Numbered from the stretch's first letter, positions 34,332-45,011 are shown. The stretch: DNA of 64,000 nt from a bacterium (GCA_965202625.1 CBDBBI010000010.1:928001-992000), one strand, 5' to 3'. Notes: a model not told the origin generated them from the letters alone. Made by a program: numbers and translations.

Positions 34332-35093
34332 CTACTGCGCGCACTGGCCGCCGTCCACCACTAGGGCGGTGCCCGTCATAAAACTCGAGGCGTCGCTCGC
34401 CAGAAAGAGAATCGCGCCTTTCAGCTCCTCGGGCTGGCCGACCCGCCCCATCGGGATATGGGCTTTGATCATCTTGTCGCCTGCCTCAGAAGCAAAAAAT
34501 TTCCGGTTGATGTCACTTAGAAAATATCCTGGGGCCAAGGCATTCACCCGCACACTCGCCCTCGCCCACTCAAGGGCGAGAGTCTTGGTGAGCTGAATGA
34601 CGCCGCCCTTGCTCGCCGCATAGGCGGAAAGCATTTTCACGCCGACCAGCCCGGCAACGGAGGCCACGTTCACGATCGCCCCCCCTCCGCGCCCGGCCAT
34701 GGCGGTGCCCACCGCCTGACACATCAGAAAAGTTCCCCTCAGGTTCGTCTCTATCACTTTGTTCCACCGCTCGATCGGTAGATCAGAGGCCCAGCCCTCC
34801 CCGCTGACACCGCTGTTGTTCACTAGAATGTCGATGCCGCCCAGTTTGTATTCCACCTCACGCGCCGCATCAAGGATGGAGTCATGACTGGTCAAATCGC
34901 AGCAAACGGCGTACGCCTCCCGCCCCAGGGCGCGAATCTCCTCCGCACTCTCGTCAAGTTTCTCCTTCCGCCGCGCCGCTAGCGCGACGTCGGCGCCCGC
35001 CTCCGCCAGAGCGTGGGCCATCGCGCGACCAAGCCCCGTGCCCCCACCCGTCACCAACGCTCTTTTTCCCTTCAGGCCAAATGGATGTGGCAA
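34332..35093 (-). CDS. SDR family oxidoreductase
   Basis: TGGGTGLG, NNSG, YAASK, VNALAPG, VDGG. Confidence 0.9.
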   Translation of the reverse strand: MPHPFGLKGKRALVTGGGTGLGRAMAHALAEAGADVALAARRKEKLDESAEEIRALGREAYAVCCDLTSHDSILDAAREVEYKLGGIDILVNNSGVSGEGWASDLPIERWNKVIETNLRGTFLMCQAVGTAMAGRGGGAIVNVASVAGLVGVKMLSAYAASKGGVIQLTKTLALEWARASVRVNALAPGYFLSDINRKFFASEAGDKMIKAHIPMGRVGQPEELKGAILFLASDASSFMTGTALVVDGGQCAQ

Positions 35094-35129
35094 TTCGGTT
35101 CTCTCCCAAAATCGAAAATTCCCTCGCCT

Positions 35130-35334
35130 TTTCCCACAAAATTCGTGAATAACCTGTGGATAAATATGTGATGAGAGCTACTAAAATCCCTTTTTTCATT
35201 CATTTAAAGCATTTTGTCTCAGATTGGAGCATATCCAATAAAATCAATGATATCAATAACATATATAAAATTTTCGCTTATTTTGCCTTTATACTTCGTC
35301 TTGAAAATCGATCTTGCAAAGGTTTTGTGGACAA
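35130..35334. other. AT-rich DnaA-box cluster, candidate replication origin
   Basis: TGTGGATAA 35155-35163 (perfect), CGTGAATAA 35144-35152, TTTCCCACA 35130-35138 and TGTGGACAA 35326-35334 flank a very AT-rich core. Gene orientation flips here. Confidence 0.6.
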
Positions 35335-35376
35335 AAATTCGTCGCATTCGCCCTCACGTCAACCCCTTTGGAATTT

Positions 35377-35967
35377 TTATTTTGTTTGATCATCCTCCTT
35401 GGCCATGCACACCGGTCTCGACTCATAAAACCATAAAGCCGTCGCGCCGTAGTTTTCCTCTCGTAGGAGCCTAGCCCCGCTCACCTCGTCCTTCGCCACA
35501 CCTCTCGGGGCCTCGAGCACCACGAGGGGACATATCGGCTTCTCGCCGAAGAGAACCCCGAGCACCTCTAGGCGCAGCGCGTCGTCCCACCAGGGCGGAT
35601 CGGCAAAGGCGAGATGAATTTCGCATCCCGAATCCGCCCGGATGCGCTCGATCTCGGCGAGAGCGTCCGCGCAACGCACATTGAGTCCTTCCAACAGACC
35701 GAGAGTTCGAGCGTTTTTCCGGATCGCCGCGCAGAGACGTGGGTTCCTCTCCACGGCGATGACGCGCGCGGCGCCCCGACTCAGCGCCTCAAGGGAGATT
35801 GCGCCTGAACCCGCACACAGGTCGAGCACACGCGCTCCGTCCAACGTCTGTCCCCAGACATTGAATAGCGCCTCCCTCACGCGCTCGCCCGTGGGCCGCA
35901 CGCCGCCTTCTCTGGGCGATGGAATCCTGCGGCTTCTCGCAACACCACTAATTATCCGAAGTGACAC
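35377..35967 (-). CDS. rsmD: 16S rRNA (guanine966-N2)-methyltransferase RsmD
   Basis: LRIISG, VRPTGERVREALFN, LDLCAGSG, EALSRGA, FADPPW. Confidence 0.9.
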   Translation of the reverse strand: MSLRIISGVARSRRIPSPREGGVRPTGERVREALFNVWGQTLDGARVLDLCAGSGAISLEALSRGAARVIAVERNPRLCAAIRKNARTLGLLEGLNVRCADALAEIERIRADSGCEIHLAFADPPWWDDALRLEVLGVLFGEKPICPLVVLEAPRGVAKDEVSGARLLREENYGATALWFYESRPVCMAKEDDQTK

Positions 35968-35975
35968 CAGCGGCC

Positions 35976-36884
35976 TCAGAGCCGCTCAAAGTGAGCCAGT
36001 TCGCCGAAGGCCCGATAGCGTTCGTTGATCTCCGCTATCGAGAGCGACTTCATGCGGTCGTAGCTAAACAATTCTACGTTGAACGAGGCCATGACGCTGC
36101 CGAAGATGACCGCCTTGCGCATTACCGCTTCACTCATCTCCCCCGTGGCGGCGAGATAGCCCATAAAACCGCCGGCGAAGCTGTCGCCCGCGCCCGTAGG
36201 GTCATGGACTTCCTCGAGCGGCAGTCCAGGCGCGGAGAACATTCCGTTCTCATGAAAGAGCAATGCGCCGTACTCGCCCTGCTTCACCACCAGGGTTTTC
36301 GGCCCGAACGCGCGAATCCGGCTCGCCGCGCGCGCGATGTTCGCCTCTCCCGAGAGGGCGCGCGCCTCGGCATCGTTGATGATGACTATATCCACCATCG
36401 AGAGAGTCTCGATCAACGCCTCACGCTTGCCCTCAATCCAGAAGTTCATGGTGTCGCACGCCACGAGCCGAGAGGAATTCGTTTGGGCGAGAACGGCAGC
36501 CTGAAGCGCGGGGTCGATGTTGGCGAGAAAGACGAATTCTGTTTTCCGAAAAGCCTCCGGCAAACGGGGCGAGAACTGCTCGAACACGTTCAACTGGGTG
36601 TCGAGCGTGTGGGCGACGTTCAGGTCGAAACCGTATTCCCCCCTCCATCGAAACGTTTTTCCCGCTCTCCTCTCAAGACCAGATATATCGACACCCCGCT
36701 CCTTGAGGAATTCAAGCGTGGCTTCAGGAAAATCCACTCCCACCACGGCCACGAGCCGCACGGCGGTAAAATAGCTCGCAGCGATCGAGAAGTAAGTGGC
36801 AGAGCCGCCCACCGCCTCATCGCGCGCGTCAAAAGGCGTCTTCACCGAATCGATCGCCATCGAACCGACCACTAAAAGACTCAT
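35976..36884 (-). CDS. PfkB family carbohydrate kinase
   Basis: VGGSATYF, KQGEYGA, DPTGAGDSFAGG. Confidence 0.92.
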   Translation of the reverse strand: MSLLVVGSMAIDSVKTPFDARDEAVGGSATYFSIAASYFTAVRLVAVVGVDFPEATLEFLKERGVDISGLERRAGKTFRWRGEYGFDLNVAHTLDTQLNVFEQFSPRLPEAFRKTEFVFLANIDPALQAAVLAQTNSSRLVACDTMNFWIEGKREALIETLSMVDIVIINDAEARALSGEANIARAASRIRAFGPKTLVVKQGEYGALLFHENGMFSAPGLPLEEVHDPTGAGDSFAGGFMGYLAATGEMSEAVMRKAVIFGSVMASFNVELFSYDRMKSLSIAEINERYRAFGELAHFERL

Positions 36885-37257
36885 GTCCCCCTCCATTCCT
36901 GCTTGACCATGTGATGATGATGAAGGACTCCACCGGGGATGTCGAACGTCCACCGGCCCCACCCGGCGGCCCAAACGGGAGACACCGCATTATCGCCAGC
37001 CGTTCTACGGAATGCTAACTCTAACCACAAAGGGTGCGCAGTTCAAAGGGCGAAGCCATTACTTAGGCGAAATGCGCCTCTTCCGCGCGAAACTCACATT
37101 GAAATTTGCACTTCCTCAAGAGCGCCTGTTTTCGCGTAAAGTGTGAAAATGTGCTTTAATATCTCCCCGAGAGCAGAAGCGGGAACCTCCGCAGGCCGCC
37201 CCACGTAGAGCGTTTGACGCAACCTTCTCGGTTCGTTCATAGGGCAAGGGAGATCGC

Positions 37258-38355
37258 ATGGAGACGAAACACCCCCTCGCCAGCCGCGAGGAGCTGACGA
37301 ACCTCGATTTTTTCAACGACTTGGCCGAGCGATATCTCGCAGTCAACGGCCTTGAGGCGCGCTGGGTGCCGTTTTCCAAAAAAGAGATAATCCCCGACCG
37401 AAAAACGGTCGAGCGCATGCACTACCTCATTTCCCTGGCCCGGGCGGTGGAGGAGACGCTCGATTCCGCCTTTCGCGCTGGCCACATCCCCGGCACCGCC
37501 TTCTTTGGCAGGGGAAACGAGGGCGCCAGCGTGGCGAGCGCCATGTGCCTGCGCGATCACGAATGGCTCGTGCCTATGCACAGAAACTGCGGCGCCCATT
37601 TGGCGAAGGGACATCCGCCCCGCAGCATCATGTCGCATTTCTTCGGGCGCGCTGACGGTCCCTCGGGCGGGCGTGACGGAAATTTTCACATGGGCTATCG
37701 ACCCAAGCGGATCACCCAGCTGATCAGCCACATCGGCACCATGGCACCCATCGCCGCCGGCGTGGCGTGGGCAGCGAAGGCGCGTGGGAGGGGCGAGGCC
37801 ACCCTCACCTACATCGGCGATGGAGGAACGAGCTCGGGCGACTTCCACGAGGCGGTGAACCTCGCCGCCGTCAGGAAGCTTCCGCTCGTGGTCATGATCG
37901 ACAACAACCAATATGCTTACAAAACTCTTTTGAGCGATCAGTACGCGTGCGACGCCCTCGCCCTCAGGGCACCCGGATACGGCGTCCCCGGCTTCCTCAT
38001 CGACGGGACGAACGCGTCCTTGGTGCATCGAGTGTGTGGGGAGGCGCTCGCGCGCGCAAGGGCGGGCGACGGCCCCACGCTTATTGAGAGCGTCACCATC
38101 CGCGCGAGCGGCCATTCGGTCTATGACAAATTTTCTGACTACGTGGACATGGCGCATCTTGAGAAATGGATCGCCGAGCGCGACCCCATTAAGCGTCTCG
38201 ACGAAACGCTCATCCAGTTTGGAATCATGACGGCGGACGAGGTCGCCTCCTCCCGCGAAAAGGCGAGGATGGATGCGGAAGCCGCGCGAGATGAGGCGCT
38301 CAGGAGCCCGATGCCGGACCCCGCACACCTCACGGAAGGAGTGTTCGCCGAATGA
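37258..38355 (+). CDS. 2-oxoacid dehydrogenase E1 alpha subunit
   Basis: TPP motif GDGGTSSGDFHEAVN...DNNQY; RASGHS. Confidence 0.92.
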   Translation: METKHPLASREELTNLDFFNDLAERYLAVNGLEARWVPFSKKEIIPDRKTVERMHYLISLARAVEETLDSAFRAGHIPGTAFFGRGNEGASVASAMCLRDHEWLVPMHRNCGAHLAKGHPPRSIMSHFFGRADGPSGGRDGNFHMGYRPKRITQLISHIGTMAPIAAGVAWAAKARGRGEATLTYIGDGGTSSGDFHEAVNLAAVRKLPLVVMIDNNQYAYKTLLSDQYACDALALRAPGYGVPGFLIDGTNASLVHRVCGEALARARAGDGPTLIESVTIRASGHSVYDKFSDYVDMAHLEKWIAERDPIKRLDETLIQFGIMTADEVASSREKARMDAEAARDEALRSPMPDPAHLTEGVFAE

Positions 38356-39344
38356 CTACCTACCGAGAAGCGTTGAGCATCGCCCTCTGGGAGGAGATGG
38401 AGCGTGATGAGGACGTGTTCCTCATGGGCGAGGATATCGGCCTAGGCGGCGGCGCTTTCTACGTCACGAAGGGTTTTCTACAAAAATTCGGTCGCGATCG
38501 CGTAGTGGACGTCCCCCTGAGCGAGGCGGGCTTCACGGGCGCGGCGATTGGAGCGGCGCTCTGCGGAATGCGGCCTGTGGTGGAGTTTCAGTTCGCCGAC
38601 TTTGTGACTGAAGCCTACAAGATGATCGTGGATTTCGCAGCCGGTAACCATTACCGGCAAATGGGGGCCGTGCCCATCGTTCTGCGCCTGCCCTCCGCCG
38701 CGCTAACGAGCGCGGGCCCCTTTCACAGTCAAAACCCCGAAATCTGGTTCTACGGGACGCCAGGACTCAAGATCGTCGCCCCTACCACCGCCCGCGACGT
38801 CAAAGGAATGATGAAGCAGGCGATTCGGGACCCCAATCCCGTCATCTTCATGGAATACAAGAAATTTTATAATTATCCGGTCGATGAACTTCCGGAGGCG
38901 TTAAGGCCCGAAATTCCTTCGGGCGACTACACAGTGCCCTTTGGCGAGGCAAGAACCTTGCGGGCGGGCAATGACGTCTCGCTCATCACGTTCGGCACGA
39001 CGGTGCTCGAAGCCCTTGAGGCGGCAGATGTTCTCTATGCCGAGGGCGTGTCGGTGGAAGTAGTCGATCTAAGAACCCTTGTTCCGCTTGATAAGGCAGC
39101 AATACTCAAAAGCGCAAGGAAAACGGGAAAAATCCTATTCCTTCACGAGGCGAGAAAGCGAGGGGGCGTAGGGGGCGAGTTGGCCGCCATCGTGGGAGAG
39201 GAGATCTTTACGCATCTCGACGCCCCCATCCGCCGCATCGGTGCGCCGGACATCCATGTCCCTCTCAGCCCTCCACTCGAGCATGCCTATCTGCCCAATA
39301 CGGAGAAGGTGGTGACCGAGTTGCGCGACCTCGCCGCGTTCTAA
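38352..39344 (+). CDS. 2-oxoacid dehydrogenase E1 beta subunit
   Basis: MGEDIG, PLSEAGFTG, EFQFADF, GPFHSQ, VDLRTLVPLD. Confidence 0.93.
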   Translation: MTTYREALSIALWEEMERDEDVFLMGEDIGLGGGAFYVTKGFLQKFGRDRVVDVPLSEAGFTGAAIGAALCGMRPVVEFQFADFVTEAYKMIVDFAAGNHYRQMGAVPIVLRLPSAALTSAGPFHSQNPEIWFYGTPGLKIVAPTTARDVKGMMKQAIRDPNPVIFMEYKKFYNYPVDELPEALRPEIPSGDYTVPFGEARTLRAGNDVSLITFGTTVLEALEAADVLYAEGVSVEVVDLRTLVPLDKAAILKSARKTGKILFLHEARKRGGVGGELAAIVGEEIFTHLDAPIRRIGAPDIHVPLSPPLEHAYLPNTEKVVTELRDLAAF

Positions 39345-39416
39345 GCCAGAGGCGCATCTGGCGCGTTTCGATACTTTGGAGTAAAATGGATTTCCCTCAT
39401 ATCCCCTGGAGCCGAG

Positions 39417-40685
39417 ATGTACACCGCGCGCATCAGAATGCCCCGCATGGGAACCAGCGTGCACGAGAGCACGGTGGTGGCCTGGAGAAAAGGGGTGGGC
39501 GACGAAGTGTCAAAGGGGGAGGTGCTCCTCTCCGCGGAGAGCGACAAGGTGGAATTTGAGGTTGAGGCCCCCGCAGACGGCAGGGTCACTGAAATTCTCG
39601 CGCGCGACGAGGAGACGGTGCCCGTGGGCGAGGTGCTGGCGACCATGGAGACCGAAACCGAGATTTTGGACGAAACCCCCGCCCAGGCAAGCGACTGGGC
39701 GGCGCCGGTCGCCCCTTTGCGGCCGAGAGATAAGTCCGTCCTACCTGCACCCCAAAAGCGGCGACGAAAGACACAGCCTTCGAACGACATGAAAACTTGG
39801 CTTTCCCCGCGCGTTCAGAGCCTCGCCGCCGCGCATGAAATCGGCTTGGACGCGCTCGCGCGGATCAAGGGCACGGGAGCGGGCGGGCGCGTTCGCGCGC
39901 GCGACATAGAGGCGTTCATCGCTGGCGGCGACCTATCACCCCGAATCAAGATGTCGGCAACCCCGCTCAGCGAGAACCTTGAAGAACACGTGGAGCCGCT
40001 GACCAGAATTCGAAAACGGATCGCGCGAAATCTCACCCGCTCCGTGCAGGAGATCCCTCAGGTCACCAGCTGGCTTGAGGTGGACATGAGTGCGGTATCG
40101 GCTTTTCGGGAAGCGAACAAGGCGGCGTTCTACGACAAATATCGCCGTCCCCTTACCTATACGCCTTTCTTCGTCATGGCCATCGTTTACGCGCTCAGGA
40201 ATCGCGACCATGAGCGCTTCAACGCCACGTTCGAAGACGACGTCCTCATCATCAAGCGATTCGTGAACCTTGGGATCGCCGTGGACTCTGGGGACGGCCT
40301 CGTGGTTCCCGTGCTCAAGTCGGCGGACGCCCTGAATCTGATCGATCTCTCGACGAGTCTTGACGAGCTCGCCGTCCGGACGCGGGAGGGGGCGCTGCAA
40401 CCCGACGACGCCCAGGGCGGAACCCTCACGCTCACCAACTTCGGCGCCTCCGGCGTTCTGGGTGGCAACCCCATCATCAACCCCCCGGAGGTGGCCATCA
40501 TCGGGACGGGCGCCATCGCCCCAAGACCCGTCGCGCTTACGGGCGGGGCCATCGCCGTCCGACCCATCATGACACTGGCGATCACCTTCGACCACCGCGT
40601 CAACGATGGCATGGCGGCCGGAAGGTTCGCCGCGGACATCTGCTCCGCGCTCGAGAACATGAACTTCTCTCTGTTGGAGTATTAA
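39417..40685 (+). CDS. 2-oxoacid dehydrogenase E2 dihydrolipoamide acyltransferase
   Basis: Lipoyl ESDKV, PSBD GTGAGGRV...DI, PIINPP, catalytic DHRVNDG. Confidence 0.93.
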   Translation: MYTARIRMPRMGTSVHESTVVAWRKGVGDEVSKGEVLLSAESDKVEFEVEAPADGRVTEILARDEETVPVGEVLATMETETEILDETPAQASDWAAPVAPLRPRDKSVLPAPQKRRRKTQPSNDMKTWLSPRVQSLAAAHEIGLDALARIKGTGAGGRVRARDIEAFIAGGDLSPRIKMSATPLSENLEEHVEPLTRIRKRIARNLTRSVQEIPQVTSWLEVDMSAVSAFREANKAAFYDKYRRPLTYTPFFVMAIVYALRNRDHERFNATFEDDVLIIKRFVNLGIAVDSGDGLVVPVLKSADALNLIDLSTSLDELAVRTREGALQPDDAQGGTLTLTNFGASGVLGGNPIINPPEVAIIGTGAIAPRPVALTGGAIAVRPIMTLAITFDHRVNDGMAAGRFAADICSALENMNFSLLEY

Positions 40686-40691
40686 AACCCC

Positions 40692-41606
40692 ATGGCCAGA
40701 CCCAACGCCGACACCCCCCTGCGTTCGATGCTCTTCATCCCCGGCTCAAGCGAGAAGATGGTGGGCAAGGCACCCACCATTGAGGCGGACGCCGCCCTTT
40801 TCGATCTTGAGGATTCCGTCGCCCCCAAAATGAAGGTGGAGGCGCGAAAGCTCGTTCGGGCCGGAATCAAGGAGACGAGAGGGACGACGAACGGCCCATC
40901 CACTATCCTCGTGCGCGTGAATGACATGGAATCAGGCCTCGTGGAGGACGACATCGACGCCATCGTCGCCGAAGGACTCGACGGCGTGTTTCTGCCCAAG
41001 CCCGAGAGCGCGGCGGACGTGAGGAGGGTGGATGCGCTTTTGGCGGAGCGCGAGCGCGAGCGCGGACTCGAGGTGGGTGGCATCGGCGTCATCGCCCAGA
41101 TCGAGAGCGCCGCGGGCGTAGTCCACTGCTACCAGATATGCACGGCGGCGCCCCGCGTCGTGGGGGTGAACCTAGGCAGCGCGGAGGACGCGGACCTGTG
41201 CCGCAGCCTGGGCGCTACCTGGACACAGGATGGCGCCACCCTGCTTTACACGCGAAGCAAGGTGCTGGTCGATGCGCGGGCCGCGCGTCTGCCGCATCCC
41301 ACCGACGGCGTCTACATGCGCCTCAAAGACGACGCGGGCTGCCGGGCGGACGCGAGGTTCGCCCAAAGGCTCGGCTACACCGGCAAGGCGGCGATCCACC
41401 CCAGGCAGGTGCCCATCTTCAACGAGGTATTCTCTCCGAGCGCGGAGGAGACTTCCTACTACGCTGAGATGATAGCCGCCTACAAGGAGGGCGAGGCCCA
41501 AGGGCTTGGGGCCGTCTCCTTCCAGGGCAAGATGATCGACGTCGCTATGATCAAGCACGCGGAAAACGTCCTCACACGCGCGCGCGCGATCGCCAACAAA
41601 TCATAA
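40692..41606 (+). CDS. CitE/malyl-CoA lyase family (HpcH/HpaI aldolase/citrate lyase)
   Basis: RSMLFIPG, DLEDSV, VRVN, LPK, IESAAG, GKAAIHPRQ, GKMIDVA. Confidence 0.9.
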   Translation: MARPNADTPLRSMLFIPGSSEKMVGKAPTIEADAALFDLEDSVAPKMKVEARKLVRAGIKETRGTTNGPSTILVRVNDMESGLVEDDIDAIVAEGLDGVFLPKPESAADVRRVDALLAERERERGLEVGGIGVIAQIESAAGVVHCYQICTAAPRVVGVNLGSAEDADLCRSLGATWTQDGATLLYTRSKVLVDARAARLPHPTDGVYMRLKDDAGCRADARFAQRLGYTGKAAIHPRQVPIFNEVFSPSAEETSYYAEMIAAYKEGEAQGLGAVSFQGKMIDVAMIKHAENVLTRARAIANKS

Positions 41607-41616
41607 ACGGATCGCA

Positions 41617-41912
41617 TGGCGAACGGCGAAGACGATCCCATCGAACATTTTTTCGCCCAGCCATGACCTGACGGCCTACCCGTCGTCCCGATCAAGGTGC
41701 GCCTGACAGAGATGCTCGCGAAACCGCGTCCTGGATGAAGCTCATCGGCCATGCACCGCCCACGAATCATCCGTCCACCATGGAGCTGGATGTGGGCTAG
41801 AATACCTCCCCCTGCTGGCATGCGCGCTCGCCTGCATCCTGGACCCGCGCTCAACATGAACAGCATCCAAGCACAATGAACCCGGTCAGCTCCCTATTAT
41901 GAGAACGGCTCC
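41617..41912 (+). pseudogene. remnant of a DGLPVVPPT-motif hypothetical protein family
   Basis: GEDDPIEHFFAQP*PDGLPVVP (TGA at the usual Trp position) and later STMNPVS...NG fragments, with deletions. Confidence 0.5.
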
Positions 41913-42704
41913 TCCCCCCGCGAGGTTAGCGTGCGGGGCGGCACGGGCTGCTTCCGTCCCAGATTTCGGGCGAACGCGACCATCGGGCGCGCTCATGCTC
42001 CTCAACCTGGGGGCGGGGTGCCCGGCGTGATAGACATGAGCACGTTCGGCACTCCCCAGTAAGTTCACGTATTGCGTCCGCGAGAGCGAGGAGTTCAGAA
42101 CCTCGCCTTCTTTGCCCGAGGAGCGGAGATTCAGGAGGGATGAGAACGTCGCCACCGTCTGCGGCGAGGAAGCGGACACCCTCCCTCGCCGCCATCACGC
42201 TCGGCGACCTGCTTTGAACGACTTTTTCAACGCCCTTGCACGGCCGTTTTACGAGCCGTTTATGCCCCTAAAAACGGCGGACTTTCCAAGGTGTTTTGCC
42301 TCGGAAAATCCGTCGTTTTTCCAGGCCATTCGCAATTATTTTTGTTTGGCTACACCCATCCTCGTCTAACTTGGCGCAGCTCGCCCAAGCTTGGCATACG
42401 CGACCAAAATTGGTCATCAAACAAATAGTATAGCCATATCCGCTCCCGGAGCGAGTGTTCACGTGTCTTTGGCGTTCAGGCCAAATCAAGGAGCCTGAGC
42501 ACATCCGGAATACCGCTTTTGCATGAATGCGTCTGCGGGGGACCAACTACCGATTTACGGTCTTGGCTTTCAATAATGGTTATAAAGCGCATTCCGGACA
42601 AAAAATTGAAGATGGCGCGAGGGCAACCCTATCCGTCCGCCCATATTCTGCGCAAGTCTTCGACGACGCGGACGTCAAACATATCGCCGGGACGCTCAAA
42701 ATCC

Positions 42705-44228
42705 CTAACAACCGTACGCCTTCCCCTCTTGGGGGGAGAGGCGCGCCCATTCCATCGCTAGTTCCACCAATATTCGTACGCCCACGCCGGTGCCGCCGGC
42801 GGGCCGATAGGGCTCCTCGGATGAGACGTGGGCGGGACCCGCGATGTCAAGGTGCGCCCAAGGCGTCCCCTCGGCAAAATGTTGCAAGAACGCCGCCGCC
42901 GTGTTCGCCCCCCCCCAGCGCGCGCCTGAGATGTTGCACATATCGGCGATCTTCCCCTTCATCATCTCACCGAACTCCGGAAACAGGGGCATATGCCAAA
43001 CGCGGTCGCCCGTGCGCTCGCCCAGCGCACGCACCCTGCTGAGGAGCTCGTCGTGCGTGCCATACATGCCGGTTATCCTGCTGCCCAGCGCCACCATGCA
43101 GGCCCCAGTGAGGGTGGCGAGATCTATGATGCACTGCGGGTCGTAACGCGAGATTGTGAAGTGTAGGGCGTCGGCCAGCACCAATCGGCCCTCGGCGTCG
43201 GTGTTGTGTATCTCCACAGTGGTTCCCTTCATGGAGCGAACGACGTCGCCGGGCCGCGTCGCATCGCCGTCCACCATGTTCTCCGCTAGGCCCGCCACAC
43301 CGACGACGGGCACTTTGGGCTTGAGGCGGGCGATGGAGAGCATGACCCCCAGCACGGCAGCGGCCCCGCTCATGTCGGTCGTCATGAGCTCCATTCCGCC
43401 GCTCGGCTTGATGGAGACGCCGCCCGTGTCGAACGTCACGCCCTTGCCGACGAAAGCAATGGGTTTGGCTTTTGCCCCGGAAGGGCGGTATTCGAGGACG
43501 ACCATTCGAGGGGGCTGGGAGCTGCCTCGGCCCACCGCCAGAATTGCGCCCATCTTCAGCCTTTCGAGTTGCTTCTCATCCAGTATCCGACACCTGAGGC
43601 CCTCGCGGCGCGCCATCGCGCGCGCGGCGTTCGCTAGCGCGGGGGGCCTTTTCTCGTTGCTGGGGGTGTTGACGAGATCTCGGGCGTAATTCGCCCCCTC
43701 GCAGAGAATTCGCCCATACCGCGCTCCACGCCGCATCGCGCTCAAGTTCGCGTTCGGGCCGCCGCAAAGGAAAACGCGCGAGACGTCCGCCAGCTCATCC
43801 TTTTTAGAAGTCTTGTACCTCTCCATCCGATAGAGGGCGAGGGATACGCCCTCCACCATCGCCTGGGTCGCCCCCCGAGGGTCGAGACTTTCACCAAAAA
43901 CGGACGCGGCCGCGAGCGCAATTGTATTCAAGCCTTCCTTTCGCGCGCGCTTGACCGCCAGAGCACAAGCGCGCCGAACCGATTCCAGCGAGGTCTCCTC
44001 TCCCAGACCAGCGAGAATAAGGAACGCAGGGCCTCCCTCGGGCATCGGCAGAAAAGCGACCTCTTCTTTTTTCCCGTCAAAAACATTGCGCGCCCGCAAG
44101 GAGGCCAAAGCGCCACCCAGTAGCTCGTCGAGCCGCTCATCTTTCTCGCCTTGCGCCATCAGGCGAATCAAGGCGTCGGCCCGCTGGTCAAAACCATCGC
44201 CGGCCACAACGGAGAACCGCATATTCAT
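42705..44228 (-). CDS. pepA: leucyl aminopeptidase (M17)
   Basis: VGKGVTFDTGGVSIKP, DMSGAA, NTDAEGRLVLAD, ATLTGA, WAHLDIAG. Confidence 0.95.
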   Translation of the reverse strand: MNMRFSVVAGDGFDQRADALIRLMAQGEKDERLDELLGGALASLRARNVFDGKKEEVAFLPMPEGGPAFLILAGLGEETSLESVRRACALAVKRARKEGLNTIALAAASVFGESLDPRGATQAMVEGVSLALYRMERYKTSKKDELADVSRVFLCGGPNANLSAMRRGARYGRILCEGANYARDLVNTPSNEKRPPALANAARAMARREGLRCRILDEKQLERLKMGAILAVGRGSSQPPRMVVLEYRPSGAKAKPIAFVGKGVTFDTGGVSIKPSGGMELMTTDMSGAAAVLGVMLSIARLKPKVPVVGVAGLAENMVDGDATRPGDVVRSMKGTTVEIHNTDAEGRLVLADALHFTISRYDPQCIIDLATLTGACMVALGSRITGMYGTHDELLSRVRALGERTGDRVWHMPLFPEFGEMMKGKIADMCNISGARWGGANTAAAFLQHFAEGTPWAHLDIAGPAHVSSEEPYRPAGGTGVGVRILVELAMEWARLSPQEGKAYGC

Positions 44229-44491
44229 CTCCCTTTAGAATCAAAACGATAAATCGCATGGAGTATATACCGCTCCGACATAGACGACCAGACGGTCCGA
44301 GGCACAAAACTCCCAAAACTCCTTTTTGCGCAGGATGAGTCGCTCACGGGGGCTACGAATTTGTCTTTCCACCCTTCCATCCCTAAAATAAGTCATCCTC
44401 GCCTTGTATTCGCATGATGCGCGAGGCGACGGAATTTCCAGGGTTTCCGATTTCAGGGTCGATCATCTCTCTCCGCGCAAAGGAACACGCT

Positions 44492-44926
44492 ATGAGCTTC
44501 TATAACTGGGACATGCTTCCGTTGAGTCACGATCGCCCGGGCGTCGCGCACAGAAGGATTTTTGGAGACAACGTCCAGATGCAACACCTCATCACCGAGC
44601 CCGGCGGGGAGCCGTCGAAGCTGCACAACCATCCCGAGCATGAGGAATTCTTCTACATCCAGGCGGGAGAGTGGGAATTCACCCTCGAGGACGAAGTGCG
44701 GCGAATCGGGCCGGGCGACGTAGTGCACGTCAAGGCGGGCGCGATGCACACCTTAAGGCTCCTGAGCGACGAGCCAGGAATGGCACTTGAGGTGTTTTAT
44801 CCGATGTGGAACCCCGAACTCGCCGGAAACAAGGAGGAGTTCACGATAGACGCCATCAAAAACCGCATGGAGTTCGCCGAGGAACCCGACGAGATGAACA
44901 GGGGACGCCCACCCCACGGCGAATGA
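44492..44926 (+). CDS. cupin domain protein
   Basis: HNHPEHEEFFY...GDVVHVKAGAMH. Confidence 0.85.
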   Translation: MSFYNWDMLPLSHDRPGVAHRRIFGDNVQMQHLITEPGGEPSKLHNHPEHEEFFYIQAGEWEFTLEDEVRRIGPGDVVHVKAGAMHTLRLLSDEPGMALEVFYPMWNPELAGNKEEFTIDAIKNRMEFAEEPDEMNRGRPPHGE

Positions 44927-45011
44927 ATGATGCAGCGTGCTTCACTCGTTAAAACGGTGCCTCGTCGCTCGTCCGAAAGCAGACTTTTAGAAACCCTATT
45001 GCGAGAAAAAC

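Noticed and set aside
41660-41670. In-frame TGA as a second selenocysteine
   Set aside because: It falls at a Trp position in a fragment with other lesions, and no SECIS hairpin was seen.
41886-42704. Short ORFs between the citE-like gene and pepA
   Set aside because: No recognisable family; probably decayed sequence, so not called as CDS.
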